A stretch of 64,000 bases of DNA from Tubiluchus corallicola (taxonomy: Eukaryota; Animalia; Priapulida): positions 1 through 64,000 of the forward strand of contig JAQGDQ010000246.1 in the NCBI GenBank assembly GCA_030141605.1. Reading direction: 5' to 3'. Under the pieces are notes generated by a model. It did no database searches, had not been told where the DNA came from, and worked only from the letters and a program-made list of their open reading frames with translations. Below are positions 52,401-64,000 of this stretch, piece after piece. The translations under genes were made by a program, and so were the position numbers. Every line of letters starts with the position of its first letter. The stretch's first letter is position 1.

Positions 52401-55400
52401 AAAATGAAACAGTGTAACAAGAGTTCTATTTTGCATTTGTAAAAAACTAAGAGCTCATTCACACTTGTCACTTATAGGCTGCAGTTGACAAGGATCGATT
52501 GAAACAATGGCTTCAGAAGGCCATGAAATCAGCTGCTGAATTTAATGCTGCTTTTAACAGAGAACGCAGAGAGGAGAGACAGGCATACTACGATTTACAA
52601 ACTCAGGTAGATATAGTCACTTAAATTAACATAGTAGTACATAAGATTTTTTGGCATTATGTGGCCCGTGATTTTATTTTCTATAATTGATTTTCTAGCA
52701 CGTTTTTCTCACAACAACTATTTTTTTAATAACAGGTAAATGTAATAAAATTAGACACAACTTTTCCTTTTTGTCATTGTTAGGGTAAATAACTTCTTGG
52801 GGTTAAGACAAAAGAAATAGTAATAAATATATTATTAACTGTTTGTTTTGTACCTTGGTTAGGTTTTTTCTTTCATGTTATTTCGAGGACTATTGTGACC
52901 AAGATATTTATGAAACAGATTTACGTTAGCAGTGAAGAAGTTTTCCTATTGTATAAATGCACTAAGTGACTTCTAATTGTGAAGTTACTCAAATTAAGAC
53001 AACTATATTTAAAAAAGGTGTACATTTACAATCTTTGTACATCAATTGTAAAACTGATTGTAGTTTGTACTTACCACTGTCTTATGCCAGCTTCTTTCTT
53101 CAAGCATTTGTATTATTTCATCTTAACAGTTTCTCATTTGTCGTTTTCTTGTATACTTTTTAACTTTCTGTGTTTTTTCAACTTTCATGCAAAATCTGAA
53201 AATTTTTCCACTTTCACTATGAACTGTTTATTATATAATAGAGAAGATGAAACTCTGATGCACGAGTAGGTGGTACATTTATAACTGGATTAGGGATGGT
53301 CACACAGCTTATATATATTCTAGGAGTGATAGTCACCCACTGTTAGATCACCACTCACTCCTAATGGATCCTCACTGAGAATATTGTAGGGTAATTAGTA
53401 ATCCTGTTCAACTTGAAGATAAGCTATTGTTAATGCTGCAGCTTAGTGGCATGTAATAGATTGTGCACTTAAACAAAGAGGGTAAACAACAAGTCTCAAG
53501 GAGGGAATACATTCATGTTTATAAGTGTGCTGGCAAAATTTTTTCAAATTTTTTACGAATTTTTCATGCCTTCGTAATTGTGTTGTACTTTTGGAACAAT
53601 AGAGTATTTTAACTTTTTTTGGTTTACTCTGTTATTTCTGTTGTTTCTAATTTTGCCATTACAGCTAGTAATACAAACAGCTGCTTTTTTATTATACAGA
53701 CCGGCACTTGTAAGCAAAGATACAACACTTAACATCATTGCCTGCTTAATGTAGGTCGTTGTGACAATACCGAATCTAGTCGATTATTAAAAATATTTCT
53801 ATAAGATGAGACACCGTGAACAGACAGAGCCGTGTCAGCCACTTTGTTTTGTATTATCTTCTCAATGAGGTAAATTACCTAGAGCACTATGGCAGGTGAA
53901 ATCGTCCAGTAGTTTTCCCAGAATTTCCATAGAGCTAGAGAATTTTTTAAAGCATCACAAAGGGCAATGCTGGGATTGATGCACATGGAATTTAGACAGT
54001 AACAGATTACAATAGGCTAGATACCAAGCACACTATTCAGATCCTACTGGCTGGTCCTTGCGCTTTCGTTTTCTCAAATGAAAGAGATAATATGGTGCAA
54101 AAATGGACATAATTTGAATTTCACTTCCGATTCTCTGTGGCGTCATCGATTTAAATTGTCTAGCTAGACAGATACATAAAGCCACATATCAACAGACTGA
54201 ATTAAATGGATTAATTATGCCACTGCAAAAAACAGGTTCTTCTTTCTTATAAAGTAATCTGACTCTGTAGAGTGCTCCACCATAAAGAAGCAATTAAAAT
54301 ACAGGCCTAAACCATAACCTTGTCAGCAGGTTTTTGGGGTAGCAAAATTGAATTGTTTACAAACTATTTTGTTACTATTTCAGCGAATACAATTTCCTGC
54401 TAATAAAGCTTTCGTTTTCTCAAATGAAAGAGATAATATGGTGCAAAAATGGACATAATTTGAATTTCACTTCCGATTCTCTGTGGCGTCATCAATTTAA
54501 ATTGTCTAGCTAGACAGATACATAAAGCCACATATCAACAGACTGAATTAAATGGATTAATTATGCCACTGCAAAAAACAGGTTCTTCTTTCTTATAAAG
54601 TAATCTGACTCTGTAGAGTGCTCCACCAAAAAGAAGCAATTAAAATACAGGCCTAAACCATAACCTTGTCAGCAGGTTTTTGGTGTAGCAAAATTTGAAT
54701 TGTTTACAAACTATTTTGTTACTATTTCAGCGAATACAATTTCCTGCTAATAAGAAGTTCAGATTAGACAAGCAGTCCACTAATCCAGGAGCTTATCCAG
54801 TTGCTTTAATTCCTGGCCAATTCCAGGAATATTACAAAAAGTAAGTGAGCAAGTGTTGCATTCCCATCAGTAATTTTGTCTGGGTTCATAGCAGTTTCAC
54901 TTCAGGACATCTCATAATAATCATTTCCTTGCATGTGAACTTTCGAGAGTCCCGATTTTGATTTTCAAGTTGGAAGAAGATTTATTTAATGTAATAAAAC
55001 TAAGACCTGATAGTTATTGTCTTCTTGAGTTACAACAATTATGCTTAAATTGTTGAACGTCTAAGGTTTGTATTGAGCATTTGAATGGTCCCTTATTGTT
55101 AGTTTATGTTAGTGGTTTTTGGTATTGTTAGGTAACAGATTTCCCATAGAAACTGTACACTGTAAAATATTCTAGAAGGACAAAAAATATGTAGCTTGTA
55201 AATAGAAATACATTTAATTGTATCTCTATATTTGTAGTAAAATAGTAGGATTTGAACATTATAGCTAGAAAAGGTTTTTTTTTTGATGAAATGTAATAAA
55301 ATATTACTTGCAAATAACCGTTTATTTCAGATCTCATAGTTTTGCCATTTTTTAGATATTCTCCACAGGATCTCAACTACTTTCCCATAAATACTGTCAT

Positions 55401-58400
55401 GTATGGACCTTTGAAATCTCAACGGTCTTTGAAAAATGATGCATCGATGCAAACAAATGGACTAGAGCTTGCAGATTCAGACAGTCTTGGAAGTGGAACA
55501 GATTCTGTATGTTGTCATGTTTTTTCTGTGATCTAGCATGTTAACTGTTACTTGTAATTATTAATAAAAGGCCTGTTATAAATAATTCACTTTCTTCGCT
55601 ATGGGTTTTTTTAATGTTTTTCAGTTTAAAATGGCTGTCATTTAAGATATTATTTCATGTTCCTGTTTCAACGGGTGACAAACATAGTTAAAACATACCA
55701 ATTATATTAATATTGTGTGGGAATTTTGTCTCTGTACCAATTTATGGTGCAAGTAGTTAACTTAATTATGTTTGTGTAGTTTATCTGCTAAAAGATTATA
55801 TTTTTGTATGTGATCAACTTTCGTCTTTTGAATCAGGATTCGTCTTCTGAATCAGGAAGTGATGGCAATTCCAGTGCCAAGGAGGAGGAGGCCCAAAAAG
55901 AGGAGCAGCCACCTAAACCTGTTATTGGACCAATTGTTCCTGATTACAAGGTACTTCTTGTGACAAATGTACCATGATATTCTTTCAGTTTGTAAATGAT
56001 GTTGTTTGGTATTGAAATCAGCGGCAACTTTAAGATATTTATAAAGCATGTGAATAGCAATTAATTACTAGTATTTGTTAATGCGTTAAATTAGTCAAAT
56101 CGAAATCCATTTCATGTTACCATCTGTGGCAGCAATGCTTTCATTTCATTTTTATCATTTAAAATATGATTATGACTGTTGCTTTTTAGCAACTTTTCTT
56201 ACAGTTCATTAATAACTCTCATTTGGGCGAGCTGAATAGGAAAGTGGTTACTAGTCAGTTAATAGATGGGTGATTACAGGTCAATACTCATTCTGCGAGG
56301 TTCTAGGTTCCGAAATGGTGTCCTCAAAGATTTACTTCATTTAAGAGGATGTTAGTTTGCAGATTGCCTAACATATAAGATATTTCTACATATTTCTTTT
56401 TCCGTTAGCTAAAATTTAGATTTCTTAAAATAATAATTAAATTCAGTAGAGAAATTTTTGTGCTTATTTTCTAGCCAAAAGTAAAGCCAGATGCCAAGTG
56501 CGGTTTGTGCAAAAATGGACCCGAAAGAAATAAATTAGGACAGAAACAAGAACTCATTCATTGTTCAGAATGTGACAATAGTGGTGAATATTGTTTGCCT
56601 CTTTGTGTTCCAAAAAAGAATTCAACTAAAATCGAAGTCCAGTTTATACATACTTTTATGAAAAAGTCATTTTGGGTCTCTTCTGTTATGTTTTTTTATT
56701 GTGCTTTATATTTTTTATCGCTGCCTTCACTAAAGACTTTTGCTAGTTTTAAGTGCTAAACTTAAAATATTTGCATCTTTATAAAGTTTAGTAAATTAAT
56801 GAGTACAAGTGAAATAAAAATAATATATTGTAAATATAACTTAGTGCAATTAATTAAACTTGAAATATTTGATACTCAGTAACCATTATCTTTAATTGAT
56901 CTTATCTTGTTGTCTCTCTCCTGTTCTACTTTATGTCATATGAAGATATATGTTTCAATATGTAATATGTACACCTTTTATCTTTTAAAAGTTTGCAAAA
57001 CTTGAAACTTATACCAAATATTTCATATGCCCTCAGGTTTACATAAACATTAATTTGTTACATTGTTTGTTTTACAGGGCATCCCACTTGCTTAGACTTG
57101 GACAGTGAGATGATTCCAATCATTAAAAATTACCCTTGGCAGTGCATGGAATGTAAGACTTGCATGTGCTGCCTGGATCCTTATGATGAGGTGGTAACTC
57201 ATTTCTTTTTGTTTTCAAAATATAAATGTTTAATTTCTGAATGAATTAAAGGTGCTAAAATTATGTTTAATTTTGTAACTTCTTAGATGGATTGAGCAGG
57301 GCATAACTACCTTAAATGAAACAAATTAGAAGCCTCAAAGAAGTGTCTTAACCAGATAAGTGTACAAGTGGCAATACAAATCTATGCCCTCTTTTTAGGA
57401 TAAAATGATGTTCTGTGACATGTGTGATCGTGGTTACCATACGTTTTGCGTTGGGCTGCGGAATATACCTACTGGTCGGTGGGTGTGTGAGGACTGCGGA
57501 ATATGTGCATGGTGTTCGACCCGGAAGCCTGATGAAGACAATGTCAAAGCTCAGTGGGTTCATGAAGTATGTGCAAGATTTTATTACAAGCTTAGTATGT
57601 TTATAAAGTATGTACAAGTTTTTACTTTACACTTGTAGAGAGCTGAAAATACTGTCTGACCCCAAAAGTTGCTACTAAAGACTTTTTAACGGTTTTTATA
57701 GCATCATTTGTCAATATAGTGTCAGTAACATGTTTAATCATGAAAGTACTTGTTACTCCTTCATTGTATGTCTCAGGAAAGTAATTTCGGTGTCTACCCA
57801 TGTTTTGGGATCAGAGAATGCAGTATCTATTTAAATTATAGTGAAGTGTTACAAAATGGTAAAACGCAAGGTGGCAGAGCAGTATGACCACATAACTATG
57901 AAAATGTATCACTCTTTCAGTATTCACCTTAGACAAGGAATTTTGGTGCTTAGCCTTGTGTTTTGGAGAATTGAGGAACTAATTTGCACATTTAAATCAC
58001 AGAGAAGTTATTACAAAATTGTGAAATCCAAGATGGTTGACCTATATGGCCAACTAATTGTGAAAATGTGCATCACTCTTTCAGTATTCATCATGGACAA
58101 GTAATTTTGGTAATACTCCCGTGTTTTGAAGCTCTAAGAATACATGGCAGTCTGTATCCTCTGCAACTACACCATGGCTGGTATGCAGTTGTGCAATTAC
58201 AATAGAACATCTGTGAGGCTTTCTGGAGCAGCAGTTTTCATGGTCATAACTGATACAAATTGATAACTCTCTGGGCTTTGCAGAGAGGGAGACATTCTGG
58301 GTGTAACAAATGACTTGAGAGAAACAGTTTTCTTGCTAAATAGGTCATAGCATAAAGAGACAAGTAAAACTGTACTGTTGGGATCTTGCTTCCAAAGCCT

Positions 58401-61400
58401 TCTGCAACATTGTATGTTTGATTTGGGATCAGAAAGGCATAGGCCGTATAGTCAGCTCACTATTAAGGAGTTTCTGGAATGTAAACTTATTGCCAACAAT
58501 TGAAATATGTAAAATTGTATCACAGCGTATAAAAGAAGCATGAATAAACAGCAACTACAAGCACACATCACTACACAGGACTTGTTTAATCTCATTTGTG
58601 CCGTACACTTTAAGGACTGCTGACTTGTCTGAACGAAATGGAGGCTCCTGTTTTTTGTCTCAATGTTATAAAGATGTGTGTTGCTTTGACTGCAGCCTTT
58701 ACATTGTCCACGCCTCCACTCTCTGATGTATTTGCCTTGCTGCATGCAGTCTCTAGTGTAGTTCCTCAGAGCCTCAGTCACAAGAGCAAAAAGTCCTTTT
58801 TCCCATAAACTCAGTTTTTGCATTGAAGCTGACAGTTGATATAAAATTTTGTGCAAATCAGTAATCCACAGATTATGCATGGATATCCTTGGATACCCAT
58901 TATCCAAAGCTGCATTTCATGTAAACATATATCCAACGAATACACACAAAGCACAGTTTGGTTGTACTTTCTGCTGGTATTGAAAGTGGAGGAAAAGAAA
59001 GGATAAATCATTTGTAGTGAGTTAAACTTCTTGTACTACAGAGGCTGTAAGTGGCATCACATATTGTTAATTTCAACTGAATAGTATCTTCCAATTTTTA
59101 AGGTAGCTTTACATGCAAAATGAAACTCACCATGTTCAAACAAACAATCACCGAGTCATTTTATTTACTATGGATACATCTAGTTTGTTGCCTAAGTAGG
59201 GAACACCCACACATGGGTATATCTGTTGGTACATTCATGAACAATGGATACCCGTATATGTGGCAACTCTGTATTCTTCATAAACGAAAAGAAAAAAGTA
59301 GGTTTGTAGGCATTTATCTATGTTGAATGCGTTCTGTTAGTGCGTTAACCCCTTGCTAGCTAATTTATATCAGATTGTTAATTGTTTCACTGCTGCTGAA
59401 TTTGACAGAGACATACATTGGGTACCTGAAATAAGAGTCGTCTGTAATTTTTATAAATGTTAACAAATTAAATAGTAGAGTCACATATAGTAAATTGTAG
59501 CTTATATAAGAAACAAAGACAATTTCATTCAAGAGCATGTTTTCAATTTGCATAAATAATGGAGTCTTTGGACATTTGACATTTTTTGGCCCAAAAATGG
59601 GATTAGGCACCGAAATTCCATGTCTATGATGAATATGGAAAGAACAATGCGTGTTTTCGCAGTTATGAGGCCTTATTGGTCAGGCATCTTAAGTTGTACG
59701 TGAATTGTAATCACTTCACGATAATTTAAATATGCAAACTGCATATTTTCATCCACCTACAATAACAAATGCTGTGAATGTATGTATATTTGTTACTTAA
59801 CATTATTGCATTGTTACATGCACTGACTGTTTTCCTAACATGGCACAAACTTGTACATTTTGGACAGTGAGGTGACTGCGAGTGTTTCTAAAGGGGCTCC
59901 ACACGGCACGATTTTTGGCCAATTTTGTCTGCTCGTCAAGTCAGGTTAAGAATCATCAGACAAGTAATTTCTTGCCAACTGCTGGGTAATATACTATATA
60001 CAGACAGTGCGATTTTTTCACAATTTTTTCAGCAGACAAAATCGGACACAAACACTTGGATTGGTAAATATCTACCTGTCTTCAATAGCAAACATTTTTT
60101 GCTTACATCAACTTACCTCTTTCTTTTGACGACATTTCCAAAATATCCCATCCACGCGCAACAAACAAAATTGGCCAGATATTGTCAGCCGACTTCGTCT
60201 GATCATGTAGATGCTTCATCCAGCAATCACTCAATATGACGAGTTAGCCCAATTTTGTTCTACAGTCTGGATTGGGCTTAATGAACATGTCATTCAGTCA
60301 TCACTTATCACTGTTTCAGATATTAGGGCTTCCAACTGTGTAATCTGACTTAGAGTTTTATTGAAGCTTTCTTGTTGTCGTCACAGCAGTTATTTTCAGC
60401 TGCATTTATCTTCTTATAGCTAAACAATACAAGTGACAGCACTTTGGGCAATACACGTGTGAGTGCAAGTGTTTAATTTATCCTGCTGAGTCGCAGCTCC
60501 ATACTGAACTTTCCAAAATGTCATTCATATCCATCCAAGCATGCAGTTTCATATGCAAGTAATTAATGTGTTATGCATGAAAATATAAATAATGTGATTT
60601 CTCCTCCTCCTTTTTTCCAGTACCAGAAACAGAAAGGCTCCAATGTCAAGCAAAAGTTCTTGCAAACTCTGTGTGTGAAATGCTCATCTGCTAAGTAAGT
60701 GGATCTTTCTTACTTTTCTTATGAGTAAAGTGGTTCTTATGAGACTTAACTTACACTGCTATGTATTTATTACTGAGCTATGGATGTTATCCATGTTTCT
60801 TTGCCAACATAATTATCTAACTGCATCAGACATTTTAAAAACATTAGAAAAGATGTTACTTGATGCACCAAAAATGCACTGTTGATACATACCTTCATTT
60901 CTATTTTCAATTTGTGGCTTAAAGTTGTTTATTATAAGCTTGACTTTTGTACTTCTTAAAAGTATGTCAGTTTTATTTTCCTTCTAAGGGAATGTATACT
61001 TCAACTTTTGTGCATTTTATCTCGAGTAATAGCTCTCTGTGCATTGTAGTTTTGCAATACAGAATAAAATTATAATTCTTTTCAAATTCGTGTAATTCCA
61101 CTTATTTACAGAAAAGCGGCAAATCCTAAAGCCTGCTTAAAACAACAGCAGGCAATTGGAAAGTAAGTGCTGATTTGGTCTTTGTTGTATGCCATGGTAG
61201 TTTGGGAACTTTAGATTTTTTTAGTTTAACTTGCATCTTGACTGAGTATTATTTTCTATGATTTATCACTCCTGGTAAGAGTTGACAAGGCAGTTATGTA
61301 TTCATCCGAATCTGATTTCTGTCCACATCTCAAAAAATTGTGATAAAGTTCAATAAAATTCCTTAGAAGAGTGGGCCATCCGATAAAGGAAGAGCTGTAG

Positions 61401-62319
61401 TGGGCCATGATGATTCGAGAAAAACTACACTGGGTTTTCGTTGTGATTAGTTGAAAAACAGGAGAAAAAGTGTTGACGAAATAAGGTAAAATCATAATGG
61501 TACACTGGACAAGAAAGTGCAAAATTTAAGGCGGGTGTGCATCATAAACAGGATAAATACCAAAGCAGTGGTGAAAAAGTGAGTGATGTGCGCACTCAGA
61601 AGTGATTGGCACCAACTAAGATTGACCTCTTAGCAAAATATCTTTTTTGATTTTTTGTTTTGAGAATTTAATATTTTTGTTTGCATGTACATGTTTCATT
61701 TCAAATAAGGTGATAAGCTTATGGTAGTTCTTAATTTTTAAATATGCACCTTGACATGTATATTCGCACATACAATGGTGAAATGGTCAAACTTTGCACG
61801 TATAGTACATTAACAAGCTAAAAGTACTAAGTAAATGCACCCAACTAACTGTTTGTGTTATTGTTCTTACTATATAATCAGAAAAATACCTGAAACCCCT
61901 TAATATGATTTATAAGTAGATATCAAGATTACAGAACCCATGTTAAAGTTTTTAATTAGAAACTTTTATGATGTTTGGTTGCCATGTTTTTGTTGCTGTT
62001 ATACTTTTTGACAGTTGCATAATTGCATTTTGTTTCATTTTGTTGTTACAAGATTTATTGTGTTGGTTGAAAAAAAAATCCTATACTTAGTCCGAGTTTT
62101 ATCGAAGTCATTTTACATTTTTATGCAAATTTTTAATGTCAATCGTGGTTCTGAAATTGTGTAACTCTTTTTCTAGTTTCGAGTTTTGTAGGACTGTTGC
62201 AGGCTTGCAGTGCTGTTTCTAGATTTGTTCAAATTCAGTCGATTTGCTGTCTCTGGGTTAATCTTTTCACTTTTTGTATTTGTTATCATTGCAGGGGTAG
62301 AGGTCGGCCAAAGAAGTAA
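43410..62319 (+). CDS. PHF10: PHD finger protein 10 (BAF45a / SAYP-like PBAF subunit), multi-exon
   Basis: Exons: 43410-43730, 44136-44803, 46716-46849 ([34 protein letters not shown] domain), 47181-47338, 47503-47571, 52478-52606 ([24 protein letters not shown]), 54731-54840 ([15 protein letters not shown]), 55356-55506 ([13 protein letters not shown]), 55837-55950, 56475-56583, 57078-57190 ([17 protein letters not shown]), 57399-57566 ([18 protein letters not shown], double PHD), 60621-60694, 61112-61162, 62295-62319. The last three exons are less certain. Confidence 0.93.
50653..51353 (-). mobile_element. Degenerate hAT (Charlie-like) non-autonomous element
   Basis: Termini tagcggttcccgaac and gtttggcaaccacta resemble CAGTGGTTCCCAAAC-type TIRs. 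An internal - strand remnant [11 protein letters not shown] resembles the hAT dimerization-domain motif. The TSD is not clean. Confidence 0.55.
54062..54753 (+). repeat. ~346-bp near-identical tandem duplication covering a PHF10 intron end and the first ~23 nt of the next exon
   Basis: Unit gctttcgttttctcaaatg...actatttcagcgaatacaatttcctgctaataa at 54062-54406 and 54408-54753, with only a few substitutions and an indel. Confidence 0.95.
57780..59620 (-). mobile_element. Old DNA-transposon remnant (possibly Academ-like) in a PHF10 intron
   Basis: Imperfect inverted repeat between 57781-57810 and 59591-59619; ~160-bp direct repeats at 57845-58110. Broken - strand peptides ([25 protein letters not shown], then a decayed Cys-rich tract) resemble the C-terminus of Cys-finger transposases. 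Confidence 0.4.
59892..60215. mobile_element. Probable PIF/Harbinger-type MITE remnant
   Basis: Starts taaaggggctccacacg. Subterminal inverted repeat tggccaattttgt (59916-59928) / acaaaattggcca (60165-60177). Confidence 0.4.
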
Positions 62320-64000
62320 CACATAAAAAAACTTAGTCAGGAATCAGGAATTAACGAATACTGTACTGATTGTGGTGTGGAAAGGAAGAAAGTACTGCAG
62401 GCATGTTTAAAGTTGTGAATGTATTTGTGAAAGTTGTGAATGTTTTTACTGTAGCAGCCTGTACTCAGAGTTGCATTAATCGTGTAACTTCCTTCAAGAA
62501 GTATTTTTCTGACAAGCAGAAAATTAAACATAGTGGCTGCCAAAGTTGACCAATACTAAATTTGATCATTATTTGGAATATCCTGTTCCTTGCTGTTGCC
62601 CAGTTCAACACACTTACTGCTCTTTTCAGTTCAATCTAGTTACTGCTCCTTTTGAATCCTTTTAAAAATGAGAGAGCTTTTGTTTCTTGCATGGAAACAC
62701 AAACTTCTCATCCTTTTAGTAAATTTGAAAAGGAGTCTGTTGTTTAATGTAATGTCTAATTTGTTTAAAAAAAAACCGATGCTAAAAATTGTGATTGTGA
62801 ACCAATCAGTATTGGATAACAGACCTTGATGAGAACATGCTAGCTCTTACTGGTTTCTTGTTTTCCATGAAAATCACATAAGCCAAGCCTTTGCACCACC
62901 ATTGAGTGATTACTGTTTAACACTGTGAAGGATTTTATGTTTGTGTAATATGCATTATTCACACCTGGGTTTTCTAGTATTATTTACAATAAATTATTGC
63001 TTTACTCTAATGATTACGTGAATTTCAACTTCCTGTTTGCAGCTTTATCCATTAAAGAAAAGCCTAACAATGCTTTAGTAACACGTTACAAAAATAGTAA
63101 AATTTTGTCACAACAATTTTGTACAGCATCAACAAATATGTCTAATGATTAGCTGCCATTAATGAGATTCATGCTAAACTAACTTGCATCATTGGTAGTC
63201 AAAAAATGCCATAAATTAGCAGCCTAAAACTACTACCCTGATTTAAAAATCTTAGAATCTGTAAAAAAATATATGAAAGAAAAACATTGCAAAATTCCCT
63301 TTAAAAGGATACCAAAATAAAAATAGGTACAATTAATAAAAATGTTTCATATTAAAAGGAAGGCTGTGGAAATAAGTGACTGATCACATAAGAAGCACTT
63401 TAGCTTGTTGCCATTATATGGTATAAGCTAACTTCCTGTAGTGTTAGTAAATTATTCTTCTCCAACTTGAACGTACATTTGCAAAACAATTTGGTACAAT
63501 TTAGTTTTCTATCAAAATTTACAAATACGAGAGCCTTGTTTATGCAGTCCTACTATTCTGTGTTCTAAGTTTTCAATTTTTCCGCCCAGCAGAATGACTA
63601 ACATTATTATTATACTGAATCATAGCAAAAACATTGTTCTTATACAAATTTTAAAATACAAAAGTGTTCACTTAGATATTACTAAAAATGAAATATGTCG
63701 AAAAATCATAAAGAAAAGTAGCTACCCTCTTTGAAAGAATGCTATGGCTGCACTTTAGTCTCTGTGCTGTACATATTTGGATATGGTGGTTCGCTGCTAG
63801 TAATGGGAACTGATTTTTTCTTCTTCCTTCTCTGCATCTGAAAAAACACAAACATGACTATGACAATGCTAATGTACAATACTAGCAACTTGGATTGATT
63901 TTATTGAAATCCAATTGATAAGTCACTTGCAACAACTTTTTACAGATCGTTATCATTAAAAATGACAAATCGTTAATCATGTGCAAAGGTTAATAGCTTT

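Noticed and set aside
56220-56320. 5S rRNA-like snippet (gatgggtgattac)
   Set aside because: Too little similarity to support a 5S gene or a 5S-derived SINE.

Overview
This is AT-rich, intron-rich genomic DNA from an invertebrate animal (lineage not determinable). It holds four nuclear-regulator genes. ARID4 (- strand; Tudor, RBB1NT, ARID and chromo-barrel domains) is head-to-head with DCAF5/WDR22 (+ strand). A single-coding-exon PAR/NFIL3-type bZIP gene (- strand) is tail-to-tail with DCAF5. PHF10/BAF45a/SAYP (+ strand) follows. The left end is rearranged. Bases 1-1833 are a near-identical inverted copy of 6115-7947 (the 3' part of ARID4), cut mid-exon by a (CACCA)n microsatellite and followed by three head-to-tail non-autonomous Helitrons. 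Introns carry two decayed LINEs, a fourth Helitron copy, several MITEs (one a long palindrome around a tRNA-like core) and DNA-transposon remnants. No clearly new biological system is evident. The best leads are the inverted ARID4 duplication (possibly an assembly artefact), the Helitron concatemer, the tRNA-core palindromic MITE, a duplicated splice acceptor in PHF10, the PHF10 zinc-finger/AT-hook tail, and the clustering of chromatin regulators. Exon boundaries were read by eye; family assignments rest on recalled motifs, not database searches.
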